Positions 25,042-38,077 of a stretch of DNA of 64,000 nt are shown one piece after another (position 1 is the first letter of the stretch; every line of letters begins with the position of its first letter). The notes beneath the pieces are model-generated. The model was given only the letters and a program-made list of their open reading frames with translations. It had not been told where the DNA came from and searched no databases. Source of the stretch: Chiloscyllium plagiosum. Its lineage: Eukaryota. The DNA is taken from contig NC_057719.1 in the NCBI RefSeq assembly GCF_004010195.1, positions 90,750,897 through 90,814,896 on the forward strand. Reading direction: 5' to 3'. The position numbers were made by a program, and so were the translations under genes.

Positions 25042-25685
25042 TGTAATGTTAAAAGATTAATTTGGAATATCTCTCTGGACATCAATGTAATATTAAAGAG
25101 TTAAACTGCACTGAGTGAACATTCTGGAAGTGGGTGGGAACGACATTTGTGCAAGAATGTGAATGACCCCCTCTTCAATTAGACAGTCATTTGCTACTAC
25201 TCCCCCTAGTATTATCAAATTAAACTATCATTCAATCCTTTCCATTCAGAAATGTTATCTAGCCATCCCCTGAAGCTAGGTATGTTGTACCTGCATTATC
25301 TTGGGGAATCGCTGAGTCAGGAAATCGTTTGCATAACAATTCCCCAGGATTAGGGCAATTACATTTACATTATGTCTGAGGATGATCTCATTCTACCGTT
25401 GTACCTGGGGTAAAATGTGTCTGTGAAGGAGTGACTGGGGTTTGGCTTAAGTGGCATGTGACAATGGGGGAGTGGCCAGAGTATCTGTGAGCATGACCAA
25501 CTGACTTTTATATAGCAGATATGTTTTCTTTGTTCAGGGCCTCTTTGACTCAACCTCGCTTGCCTGTGAGGAAGGTCAAAGGTGTCACCTAGCTTGTATA
25601 AGCCTTAATAAACTTTAACTGTTTGCAGAAGTTGGTATGCGCAAATTGTATCTCGTGTCTGGAACCTCGGTAAAAGAACCTAACA
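25042..25685 (+). mobile_element. Probable solo LTR
   Basis: About 640 bp insert splitting a CR1 tail; TG...CA ends (tgtaatgtta...taaca); TATA-like motif near 25508; AATAAA at 25607. Confidence 0.6.
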
Positions 25686-26161
25686 CTGCACTTTGCTTAT
25701 ATTTCTCCAAAGGTTTCTTATTCCTGTACTTGTTCAAATGTCTTCTTAATGTTGCAACTGTGCCCATAACCATCACTTCCTCTGTTTAAAAGAAAAATGC
25801 CCCATATATATTTTAAAAAATCTTTCTCCCCTCTCTTTAAAAGTATACATTCCATGTCTTCAAATCCCCCACTCTGGAGGAAAGACACCTGTCATTCACC
25901 TTATCTACACCCCTCATGATTTAAAAAACCTCTACAAGGTCACCCCTCAACTTCCTACACTCCGGTGAAAACAGTACCAACCTGTCCAGCCTTTCCCCAC
26001 CACTCAAATCTACCATTCCCGGCAACATCCTGGTAAATCTTTTCTGAGCCCTCTTTGCTTAATAATATCCTTCCTATAACAGGGTGCCCAGAATTGGATA
26101 CAGTAGTCCTGAGGACGCCTCACCAATGTCCTGTACAACTTCAATGTCCTGTGCCACCGTG

Positions 26162-26470
26162 GGCGGCACGGTGGCACAGTGGTTAGCACTGCTGCCTTAC
26201 AGCGCCAGAGACCCGGGTTCAATTCCCGACTCAGGCGACTGACTGTGTGGAGTTTGCACATTCTCCCCGTGTCTGCGTGGGTTTCCTCCGGGTGCTCCGG
26301 TTTCCTCCCACAATCCAAAACATGTGCAGGTCAGGTGAATTGGCCATGCTAAATTGCCCGTAGTGTTAGGTATGGGGTAAATGTAGGGGTATGGGTGGGT
26401 TGCGCTTCGGTGGGTCGGTGTGGACTTGTTGGGCCGAAGGGCCTGTTTCCACACTGTAATCTAATCTAAT
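26162..26470 (+). mobile_element. HE1-type SINE, young full-length copy
   Basis: Intact A/B boxes and CpGs, (ctaat)n tail, TSD aatgtcc (26143-26149, 26473-26479). Confidence 0.92.
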
Positions 26471-26799
26471 ATAATGTCCCAACTCCTATATTCAAAGTCC
26501 AAACAACATGCTAAATGCTGCCTTAACCATCCTATCTATACGTCATGCAAACTTCAAAGAATTATGTACCTGAGCTCTAGGTCTCTGTGTTCTACAGCAT
26601 TATCCAAGGCACTACTTTAATGGTTTTTTACGCCAAAATGCAATATCTCATTTATCCAAACTAACCTTCATCTGTCATTCTTCAGCCTCTTGATAAAGAT
26701 TTCTTTGTAATCTTTGATAACCTTCACTGTCCACTCTACCACCAACCTTGTTGTTATCAACAAACTTACTAACCATGCCTTCTCTCGCTCTCGCTCCCT

Positions 26800-28460
26800 T
26801 GCTCTCTTGTTCCCACAACATGTTTTGGAGGGAGCGTTGAGCATGACAAGTGCACACATTCTATTCTGGTAGGGGTACTTATTATACATCACCAAGAGTG
26901 GCTCAGCACCATCAATACTGACTAACCTGGCCAACACCAAAAGGACATAACTCCGTGAATTGGTCTGCAGCAGGTGCTAAATGCAAAAACTTGACTTTGT
27001 TCTCCTCAGTGTACTTGGTATGAATGATCATTGCACCCTCATTAGAGATGATGTCTGTCTACACATTGTGGATAAGCACCATCATATTGTCTGGTACTAC
27101 CAAAATGCTAAATGAGACACTTTGAACAGAAGTAGCAGCTCAAAGCTGGGCTTCAATGAGATGCTGGGAGCAATATTGTATTCAGCCACAATCTGTTACC
27201 TCATTGTCTGGTATCTATCCTACTTTAGTCTGGGAAATCAGCCCTATTTCAGTGAAGAATTCAGGATGGCATGCCAAGTGCAACACCTCAAAATAGGGTG
27301 TCAACCTGGTGAAGCTACCAAACAGGACTACTTGTGTGTCATGAGCAACAGGTTTTAGACCAAGCTGAGTGATCCCACAGCCATTGAATCAGGTCTCAGC
27401 TCTGCAGTCTCACCACATTCAGTTGTGAATGGTCTTTTTTACTTATTTCTGTGGTGTGGGTTTTCAGAGTTTGGCCAGCATTTATTGCCCATTTCAAATT
27501 TCCCAGAGTGTAGTTAAGAGTGTAAAGTCACGTGTAGGCCAGATCAAGTAAAAATGGCAGATTTCCTTCCCAAAAGGACAGTTAGGTGGGTTTTACAACA
27601 TTGTTAGTAGCTAAGTGGATGTCTTTAGGTTAGCTTTTTCTTCCAGGTTTTTAAAATTCAAATTTTACCATCTGCCATGTTGGCATTTGAACCCATGTCC
27701 CCAGAATGTTAGCCTCAGGTTCTGGGTTACTATCTCTGTGCCATTGCCATTACACTACTGCCTCCCCCAACAACTAACAAAGGCACACAAGAAGTGGAGG
27801 GTCCACAAATACCGCTCTACCATAATGGCGCCCAACACAAAAGACAAGGCTGAAATAATTGAATTGATCTAAAAGCAGAAGTGCCAAGTGGATGATATAT
27901 CTGTGCCTCCTGAATAATCCCCAGAATCACAGATGCTAGTCTTCAGCCAATTCGATTTACTCCACATGCTATCAAGAAACAGTTGAAGGTACTAGATGCT
28001 GCAAGGCTTTGAGCCCTGAAAACATGCCAGCGACAACACTGAGGATCTGTTCTCCCAAACTTTGCCGCATCCCTAACCAAGCCATTCCAGTACAACTGGA
28101 ATACCTTAATCTAGCCGGAAGTATGAACAATTGCCCAGGTATGATACACACCAAAACAGAATAAACCTTGATAGGCCAATTGCTGCCCTATAGAACACAC
28201 TCAATTTATCAGCAAAGTGATGAAAAAGTTTGTCGACAATGTTATCAAGCAGCATTTACGAAGGAATAAAGTGCTCTTTGGGCTCTGCCGGGGTGACTCA
28301 GCTTCTGACTTCATTACAGCCTTGGTTCAAACTTGGCCAAAAGAGCTGAATTCCAGAAGTGAGATGAGTTACAAAGCAGCATTTGACTGAATATGGCATC
28401 AAGGAGCCCTAGTAGAACTCTGGTCAATGGGAGTGAGGGAAATCTCTCCACTGGTTGGAG
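26800..28460 (+). mobile_element. Degraded L2/CR1-superfamily LINE internal region
   Basis: Recognisable RT-like segments, e.g. tcagcttctgacttcattacagccttggt, gcagcatttgac. Confidence 0.5.
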
Positions 28461-28563
28461 TCCATAAGATGCAGAAGCAGAAGTAGGCCACTCAGCCCAT
28501 TGCATATCCTCCTCCATTCCAGCTAATAATCCTCAATTCCACTTTCTTGTCTTTTCCCAATGA

Positions 28564-28693
28564 GGAGAAAGTGACGACTGCAGATGCTGGAGATCAGAGC
28601 TGAAAATGTGTTGCTGGAAAAGCGTAGCAGGTCAGGCAGCATCCAAGGAACAGGAGAATCGACGTTTCGGGCATAAGCCCTTCTTCAGGAATC
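28564..28693 (-). mobile_element. Solo PLE terminal repeat with intact hammerhead core (28661-28688)
   Basis: 10-bp TSD ttcccaatga (28554-28563, 28694-28703); reverse complement CTGAAGAaGGGCttatGCCCGAAACGTC. Confidence 0.88.
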
Positions 28694-30477
28694 TTCCCAA
28701 TGACCATTGATTCCCTTACTGATTTGATAAACCTTGAATATACTTAACGACCAACCTCTTACAGCCCTGTGTGGTAAAGGATTCTACAGTTTTAATTTTA
28801 TCTTGGAGAACAGATTCCTTTTCCTCTGTCCTGATTGGGTGACCCTTAATCTGAGGCTATGGTCCTCTGGTCGAGACATTCCCATAATGGGAAACAATTT
28901 TTCCACAGCCACCCTGGCAATCCCCTGAAGAATCTGATATGTTTTAAGATCACCTTTCGTTCTTCTGAACTCCCAACAAGTGGAGGCCCAACGTACATGA
29001 TCTCTCCTCATGAGAAGATCCCTCAATACCCATGATCAACTTAATGAGCCTTTTCTGGACTGCTTTTAATGCAGTGTATCTTTTCTCGGATAGGGGGACC
29101 CAAACTGTTCTGACTGTGGTCCATCTGTGGTCTGACAAGAGTCTTGTATAGCTTTAACAAGGCATCCCTATTCTTGTACTCCATCATACATCTCAGAGCT
29201 CCGCAACCTCTCACCATTTCAATAATATGCTGCTTTTTCACTCTTTCTGGCGAAATAGACAACTTCTCTCTTTCCCACATTGTACTCCATTTACCAAATG
29301 TGTGCCCGCTGGCTTAACCTATGTATTACCCTTTTAGGCTCCTTATGTTTTATTCACAACTCACTTTCCTATCTTTCTTTGTATTGGAAAATGTTGGAAT
29401 CAATCATTAAGGAAGTAATAGCAGTATATTTGGAAAATTAGAATCAAGCAGAGTCAGTGTGGGAAATCATATCTGACTAATTTAATAGCGTTTTTTGAGG
29501 AAGTCTCAACCAGCATGAATGGAGAGGAATAGATAGATGTGCCGTATTTGAACTTCCAGATGGTGTTTGACAAGATACCTCACAAGTATTTAGTCACAGG
29601 AGAAGAGCCCCAGTATTGGAGATAGTATATTGGCATGGACAGGGAATAGTTAATAGGCAGGAAACAGTGAGGTAAAGATGTTCCTTTTAGGTTGATGACT
29701 TGTGACCAATGGGGCTCCACAGTGATCAGTGCTGGACTGCGACTGCTTACGATATACGTATATATAGTAATGAATTGGAGGAAGGAAGCAAATGTACTGT
29801 GGCTAAATTTGCAAATGATATGAAAATAGGCAGAAAGCCAAGTTGTGAGACAGACCCAAACAGTTTACAGAGAGATACTGATAGGTTATACAAGTGGGAA
29901 AAATGCTGCCAAGTGGAGTACAGTGTGGGTAAATGTGAAGCTGTTCATTCTGGAAGGGAGGACAAAGGAACAGTGTTAGTTAAATAGAGAAAAACTACAA
30001 CAAACAGGGAATTGGGTGAACTTGTGCATGAAACATAGAAAGCTAGCACACAGGTGCAACAAGTGATCAGGAAAGCAAATGGAATGTTGGCCCTTATTTC
30101 AATGGGTTTGTAGTATAAGAGTAAGGAAGTCCGGTGGCATCTGTACAAGGTTCTGGTGAGATTACATCTGAAGTACTGTAAGCAGCTTTGGTCCCCTTAC
30201 CTAAAGATAATATTACAGTGGTAGTAGTTTAGGATGATTCTGGTATGGAGGGATTGTCTTATTAGCCGAGCCTAAAGAGGATGGGACTCTTCGTTGGAAT
30301 TTAGAAGAATGAGAGGTGATCTCACTAAAACATACAGGATTCTTAAAGGATGTGATGGGGTCAATGCTGAGAGGATGTTCTCCCTCCTGGAAGAATCTGG
30401 GTCTAGAGGGCATAGTCTCAGACTACAAGGACACCATTAAGGATTGAGACGTGGAGCAATTTCTTTTCTCAGAGGGT

Positions 30478-30790
30478 TTAGATTAGATTACATTACAGTG
30501 TAGAAACAGGCCCTTCGGCCCAACAAGTCCACACCAACCCGCCGAAGCGCAACCCACCCATACCCCTACATTTACCCCTTACCTAACACTACGGGCAATT
30601 TAGCATGGCCAATTCACCTGACCTGCACATCTTTGGACTGTGGGAGGAAACTGGAGCCCCCGGAGGAAACCCACACAGACACAGGGAGAACGTGCAAACT
30701 CCACACAGTCAGTCGCCTGAGGCGGGAATTGAACCCGGGTCTCCGGCGCTGTGAGACAGCAGTGCTAACCACTGTGCCACCCTGCCGCCC
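30478..30790 (-). mobile_element. HE1-type SINE
   Basis: Reverse complement of the 26162-26470 family. Confidence 0.9.
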
Positions 30791-31738
30791 GTTGTGAATC
30801 TTTAGTATTTCTTGCACAGAGAACTGTGTGGGCAGAAACCTTGTGTACACTTGAGGCTGAGCAAGATAGATTCGCTCATCGATCAAGAATCTATGGTTCC
30901 AAGGAAAGGGCAGGAAGGTGGACATGAGGAATGTGAGATCAGCCATGACCTGTTAATAGCAGATTAGACTCGATGGGCCAACTGGTCTACACCTGCCCCA
31001 ATTCTTACACTCACATGGTCAACAGCAAATCTACCTATCATACTTCGAACTATTTATCCAAATCATTTGTGTAAGTTCTAAGAGTTGAGGCACCAGCATC
31101 GAGCAACGTAACACGTCACTCGTTATACTGTGCCAGACTGAAAAAGACACATTTATTCCAATTGTTTGCTTCCTGTTCACAAGCCAATTCATACCATGAG
31201 CTTTTACTTTCTGAAATAACTGATGAAGTGACATCTTATCAAATGCTTCCTGAAAACTACTGGTTTTTCTTTATCTGTAACACAAGTTATTTTGTCAAAG
31301 AACTCCAATAAAGCAGTTAAAACTGGTTTCCCATTAACTAAACCAATGTTGATTCTGTCTGATTACCTTGATTGCAAGTATCCTGTTATAACATCATTTA
31401 ATGATCACTTCAAACACCTTCCAAATGACAGACTTTAAGCTAACTGACCTCAGATAGACAATCCTCTATCGTGTTAACATATGACCCAGAACATCAAGTT
31501 AAGTTGCCTCATGTGGTATCACATTATAAAATGACTTATCAAACCTCTCCCGAAATCGTAATATCTATCGGTTAGCGGCTGCTTCCTATTTGTTATCTCT
31601 TCAATGCTATCTAAAGAATTTGTCCGACATGATTTCATTTTCATGAAGCTATGCTGACTCTGATCACATGATATAATTCCTCATACTCTGTTATTATATC
31701 TTTTATAACAGGCTCTAATATTTTCTTTGTAATAGATA

Positions 31739-32086
31739 CTGGTACACAACCCTTTATCTGAAAAGCTTGGGACCAACTGGTTTTCAGAATTAGGAATTTT
31801 TCGAATTTCGGAATAAGTGGCAGTTCAACAGTGAAATTTTTAAAAATCTTATCGAATAGCAAACTCACTGAGTAATGGGCCCTGAGCCAGAATTGAGGCC
31901 TGCCATTGCTGGGCCTCGCCCGCCCGACATTGTATCTGCGTGACACGCATCGAGTGGGTGTGGAGTTGGGTTAACTGTTTGCACACCAAAACAACCTTGT
32001 TAATGAGATAAAAACCTCACAAAAAAACCTTTTGGATTTTGGAGCTTTTCGGATTTCGGGGTTTCGAATAAAGAGTTGTCTACCTG
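31739..32086. mobile_element. TA-flanked MITE (Tc1/pogo-like)
   Basis: About 25-bp imperfect TIRs ctggtacacaaccctttatctgaaa / tttcgaataaagagttgtctacctg; TA on both sides; host CR1 resumes. Confidence 0.8.
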
Positions 32087-33089
32087 TATTAAGCTAACTC
32101 GCCGATAGTTACCTGTATTTTTTGTCTTTGAATGACTGTGTTACATTGGCAGTTTTCTAATCCTTTGGGACTTTTCTAGAATATAAGGATTCTTGGAAGA
32201 TTAAAACCAGTGCATCTACTATCCCTGTAGCTGCTTCCTTTAATATTGGATGCATCTCATCAGGTCCAGGGAACTTGTTTGTCTTTAGTCCCAGTAGTTT
32301 TCCATGCATGTCTTCTCTAGTGCTAGCTATTGCATTTATTTCTTTTCACCCTTTTTCACATTGATAATTTCATACTTTTGAATACTTTTAGTGACTTCTG
32401 CTGAAGGTTAGTGCAAAGCATTTATTCAACTCCTCTGCCATTTCGTGCCCCCTTCCCTCCCAGCCTAATTCATTAAGGATTCAATGATCACTTTTCACAT
32501 ATTTAAGAAAGGACTTACTTTCCAACTTGACATTGCTTGCATGTTTACCCTCAAACGTTTTAAACTTTTTCCTTACTTTTGGTCATGTTTTGTTGGTTTT
32601 CGTAACTTTCCTAATATTCTGGCTTACTATTAATCTTTGCCGTATTGTATGTTTATTTTTCTTACAATTTATGCTATTCTTAACTTCTCTGGTTAACAAT
32701 TGTTGGCTTGTTCCTTTCTTAGGATCCTCCTTTTTTACTGGGATATATCTTTGTTATTTCTTCAAAATCAGCCTCATTTGCCTTTGTTACTAAAATCCTT
32801 ACCTGTCCACTCCAGCCAATACCCTAATCCAAAAGCATTTGCAGTTGTTGGAGGTCAGTCATCTCCATCTTCACTGCAAGGTTCCACTGGGTAGGGTTCA
32901 AGGTACAGCCATCTTCAGCTGCTTCATCAGTAACCGCCCCTCCCGCCCCCACCCCATCATAAGATCCGAAGTGGGGATGTTCACTCATGACAGCGTATTG
33001 TTCAACACCATTCATGATGACTTGTATTAAAACAGTCTGTGTGCATATGCCCTAAGGCATGGGCAACATAGGCATTTCTGTGGCTGCAA

Positions 33090-34030
33090 AAGATACTCCA
33101 GGATGTGTGTTGACTCCTTGATGCCAGAGTCAAGGGTATGCCTGAGCGGGCATGGGAAACTCGCAAAGGGGAGAGTGAGCAGCTAGATGTCATGGTACAC
33201 ATTAGCAGGAAGAGTGACAAGGTCCTGCAAAGGGAGTTCAAGGAGTTAGGTAGGATTCTAATCTTGGGATTACTCTCTGTGCCACATGCAAGTAAGGTTA
33301 GCAATAGGAAGATAGTGGAGTTAAATACATGGCTCAAGAGCTTCTGTTGGATGGAGGGCTTCAGTTATGTGGATCAATTGGAAGATTTCCAGAGCAGGTG
33401 AGGCTTTTACAAGGACAAGTTGCACCTAAACTAAATGGGCACCAATATCCTGGCAGGGAGATTTGCAGTGCCACTTGGGAGAGTATAGCAGGGATTAGGA
33501 ACCAGAGCAGTGAAATGACCAAGGAGGGTTTAGACACTAAGGCCAGTAAGACTAAGAGGGAGAACAGACAGGGAGAGGTTACTGAACATGGGAGAACTGG
33601 TGTCTGAGATGAATTTGTTTTAATGCGAGCAGTATGACAGATAAAGCATGTGAGCTTAGCGCTTGGATTAGTGCATATGACTATGATGTTGCAGCTATTA
33701 GAGAGACTTGGTTGAGAGAGACAAGACTGGCAGCTTAATGTTCCAAGATTTATATGTTTCAGGCTTGATAGAGAGGGATGTAAAAGAGGTGGGGTGAGTT
33801 GTGTTACTGATTATGGAGAATATTGCAGCTGTACTAAGGGAGGACCGCTTGGAGGGCTCAATCAGTGTGGCCATATGGATAGAGCTCAGACATAGGAAAG
33901 GTGCAATCACAGGGATTGTAGTACAGGCCTTCCAATAGCCAACGGGAGATAGAGGAACAGATATATGGACAGATTATGGAAAAATGTAAAAAGCAACGGG
34001 GTTGGTGTGATGGATAATTTTAACTTCGCC
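33090..34030 (+). mobile_element. Degraded CR1 ORF1 end and ORF2 endonuclease start
   Basis: GLLSVP...LNTWL (ORF1); YDVxAIxETW and FNF segments (APE domain). Confidence 0.75.
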
Positions 34031-35046
34031 TTTTTTTTTAATAGATATTTTTATTAGAAATTTAACATTTTTACAAGTTTACAAAAATAAACAAAACTCT
34101 CAGATATAAACATTGATATACAATTAGCTCAAATATACAATAGCCAAAATTTGACAAAAAAAAGAAAATAGGATCAGAATGGTTGTTATTAATGAGCATG
34201 GATACAATGGGCCTTTTTCTGTGCTGTTGACCTCTATGATTCTATGACTCTAACCCCCTGTCATCCTAGGGCCAACTCAGTGAACCTTTTTTGTTCCATC
34301 CCCTTGATACATCCATTTTTTCTGAAATGTGGAAAACTAAACTGCATCTAATGCTCCAGATATGATCTCACCAAAACCTGTATCTTGTAATAAGACTTCT
34401 GTATTCCTCTACTCAAATCCTCTTGCCGTAAAAGATAAACATGCTATTTATCTCCCAAATTGCTTTCTATACCTGCATGCTAACTTGGTCTATTTCTTAT
34501 TCAAGCACATCCAAGTATCTTCAAACAACAAAAAATAACTTTTGCACCATATATAAAATGTTTTGCTTTTCTATTCTTACATACAAAGTGAATAATTTCA
34601 CAATCCCCTACTTTAGAATCCATCCTCCATCTTGTTGCCCCTTCTCTTAGTTTATCATATCCTTTTGCAGCTTCTGTGGCCTCCCTAAACTTACCCTTTC
34701 ACCTGGTTTTGTATCATCAGCAGACTTAGATACACTATTCACTGTCTCTTCATCCAAGTCAGATTGTAAATAGTTGAGGCCTAAGCAATGAACTTTGTGC
34801 ACTCCACTATTCACTGCCTGCCAACTTGAAAATGTCCATTAATGCTTTCTACTTCTTGTCTGTAAATTGCCAGGGCTCATTTTAGATGGCATGTTCCAAA
34901 ACCATGACCACTTCCATCTAGAAGGACAAGCGTAACAGATACATGGGAACGCCACCAGTTGCTAGGAACAATCCAAGTTGCATTGTTGCATGGATACAAA
35001 ACCATTTAAAAGTTCCAGAAGTCACTGCCACACAAAGGCCTCAGAG

Positions 35047-35728
35047 ACCTTGAAAGTGGAGTCGCAGGTAGATAGGATAGTGAAAAAGGCGTTTGATATG
35101 CTTTCCCTTATTGGTCAGAGTATTGAGTACAGGGGTTTGGAGGTTATGTTGTGGCTGTAGAGGACATTGGTTAGGCCACTGTTGGAGTATTGCGTGCAAT
35201 TCTGGTCTCCTTCCTGTGAGAAGGATGTTGTGAACCTTGAAAAGGTTCAGAAAAGATTTACAAGGATGTTGCCAGGATTGGAGGATTTGAGCTATAGGGA
35301 GAGGCTGAACAGGCTGGGGCTGTTTTCTCTGGACCGCGGAGGCTGAGGGGTAACCCTATAGAGGTTTACAAAATTATGAGGGGCATGGATAGGATAAATA
35401 GACAAAGTCTTTTCCCTGGGGTGGGGGAGTCCAGAACTAGAGGGCATAGGTTTTAGGTGAGAGGGGAAAGATATAAAAGAGACCTAAGGGGCAACCTTTT
35501 CACAGAGAGGGTGGTACAGGTATGGAATGAGCTGCCAGAGGAAGTGGTGGAGGCTGGTACAATTGCAACATTTAAGAGACATCTGGATGGGTATATGAAT
35601 AGGAAGAGTTTGGAGGGATATGGGCTGGGTGCTGTCAGGTGGGTCTAGATTGGGTTGGGATATCTGGTCGGCATGGACAGGTTGGACCGAAGGGTCTGTT
35701 TCCATGCTGTACATCTCTATGACTCTAT
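35047..35728 (+). mobile_element. CR1 3' end
   Basis: LKVESQVDRIVKKAF through FKRHLDGYM; tctatgactcta tail. Confidence 0.92.
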
Positions 35729-37170
35729 AACCCTATCAACCTGGGTAGCAACTTTTGTACATGGACACTGAGATCTCTCTGCTCATCTACACTGTCAAGG
35801 ATCTTACCATTAGCCCAGTACTCTGTATTCCTTTTGCTCCTTCCAAAGTGAATCACCTCATACTTTTCTGCATTAAACTCCATTTGCCACCCTTCAGCCC
35901 AGCTTTGCAGCGTATCTGTGTCCCTTTGTAACCTGCAACATCCTTCCGTACTATCCGCAACTCTATCGACCTTAGTGTTATCCACAAATTTACTAACCCA
36001 TCTTTCTATGCCCTCAACTAGGTCATTTATAAAAATGACAAACAGCATTGGACCCAAAACAGATCCTTGCGGTACACCACTAGTAACTGAACTCTCGAAT
36101 GAACATTTCCCAACAACCACCATTCTATGTCATCTTTCAGCTAGCCAATTTCTGATCCAAACCACTAAATCACCCTCAATCCCATGCCTCTGTATTTTCT
36201 GCAATAGCTCATCGTGGGCAACCTTATCAAATGCCTCACTGAAATCCATATACGCCACATCAACCGCTCTACCCTCATCCACCTGTTTGGTCACCATCTC
36301 GAAGGACTCAAGAAGGTTTGTGAGGCATGACCTAGCCTTCACAAAACTGCGCTGGCTATCCCTAATCAACTTATTCCTTTCTAGATGATTATAAATCCAA
36401 TCTCATATAATCTTTTCCAACACTTTACCCACAACCGAAGTAAGGCTCACTGGTCCATAATTACCAGGGTTCTCTCTACTCCCCTTCTTGAGCAAGGGGA
36501 CAGCGTTTGCTGTCCTTCAGTCTTCTGACACTCTTCCTGTAGACAATGACGACATAAAAATCAAAGCCAAAGCCTGCACAATCTCCTCCGTAGCTTCTCA
36601 GAGGATCCTAGGATAAATCCCATCCAGTTCAGGGGACTTATCTATTTTCACACTGTCCAGAATTGCTAACGCCTCTTCCTCAAGAACCTCAATCCCATCT
36701 AGTCTGGTAGACTGTATCTCAGTATTCTCCTCAACAACATTGTCTTTTTCCCGTGTGAATATTCATTTAGCGCTTCCCCTATCTCCTCGGATTGCACGCA
36801 AAACTTCTCACTACTATCAACTTGTTGGCCCTGTACATTCACTATTACCCTGTTGAATGTCTCCCACTGCTCCAAGTGGACTTTCCTGGAAGCAACTGCT
36901 TCCAGACACTTTTAGTCAGAAATTCTTCCTCTTGATAAGAGGAAGAAAGTGGTTTATGTTGACCCTAATCTTTTTCTCGTCATTCTTTTATTTCTGATAT
37001 ACCTATAGAAAGCTTTGATCCTATCTGCCAATGATTTCTCATGTCCCCTCTTGGCTCTTCTTAGCTCTCTCTTTTGGTCTTTCCTGGCTAACTTGTAACT
37101 CTCAAATGCCCTAACTGAGCCTTCACATCTCATCCAAACGTAAGCCACTTTCTTCCTCTTGTCAGAAGGA
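35729..37170 (-). mobile_element. CR1 ORF2 RT portion lacking its 3' end
   Basis: ORFs 35725..36123 (SGVPQGSVLGP...FINDL), 36130..36369 and 36954..37241. Confidence 0.92.
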
Positions 37171-38077
37171 AGAAATTCTGACCAAAAGGGTCTGGAAGCA
37201 GTTGCTTCCAGGAAAGTCCACATTGGAGCAGTGGGAGACATTCAACAGGGTAATAGTGAATGTACAGGGCCAACAAGTTGAGAGAACCTTGATGTATAGG
37301 ATTTGATACTTGGGAAAAATAGAAAGCTTATGGTATTTATTGAATGCTCAAAATAGCAAGCTCTAGAGGAATGTAGGAAATGCATAGCTGAGGCTTTTAG
37401 TGAGTACTTTACATCTATATTCACTATAGAGAAGGATGATATAGGTATAGAGGGGCGGACTGTTATACTTTAATAAATTAGCATAGAGAGAGAGAGGAGG
37501 TTTTAGTGGCTTTAGCGGGCTTGGAAGTGGATAAACCCCAGGCCCAAATGAGGTTTATCCATGCTGTTGTGGGTGTCGAGGAATGAGATTGTAGGGGCTC
37601 TGACATTAATTTTCAAATCTGCTCTGGCCGTAGAAGGGGTGCAAGAGGATTGGAGAACAGCTAATGTGGTACTATTATTCAAGAAGGAAGGTAGGGATAA
37701 ACCAGGAAACTACTGATCTAACGTCTGTGTCAGGAAACTGGGAGGCAGAGGTTCTGAGGGACAGAATTAATTTCCACTTGGAGAAGCAAGGACTAATCAA
37801 GGATAGTGAGCATGGCCTTGTAAAGGGGAGATTATGTCTAACTATTGGATTTAATTTTTCGAGGAGTTAACTAGGTGTGTGTGAGAGTAGAGCAATAAGA
37901 CTTGTGACAGATGAGTTAAAAAGCTCAGAACCCATGGGATCCCGGACAATTTGGTAAATTGACTTAGTGACAGGGAGCAAAAGCTAATGATTGTAGGATG
38001 TTTTTGTGACCGAACACCAGTGGCATGCTGGATTCTCGCTGTGCATTAATGATCTAAATATGAATGTGGGAGGTTCT

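Larger units (their letters stand above)
24950..26780 (-). mobile_element. CR1 3' portion hosting a solo LTR and an HE1 SINE
   Basis: Tail at 24950-25040 resumes at 25686; YCIQFW.P.YRKD in the minus frame. Confidence 0.8.
28465..32700. mobile_element. Cluster of degraded CR1 copies: 28465-29380 (-), 29385-31010 (+), 31020-32700 (-)
   Basis: Several ORF fragments with LYKTLVRP, VAKFAxD.K and RRMRGDL motifs. Confidence 0.75.

Noticed and set aside
26162..26235. tRNA gene
   Set aside because: tRNA-like head of an HE1 SINE, continuing into the SINE core and CR1-like tail; many copies in the window.
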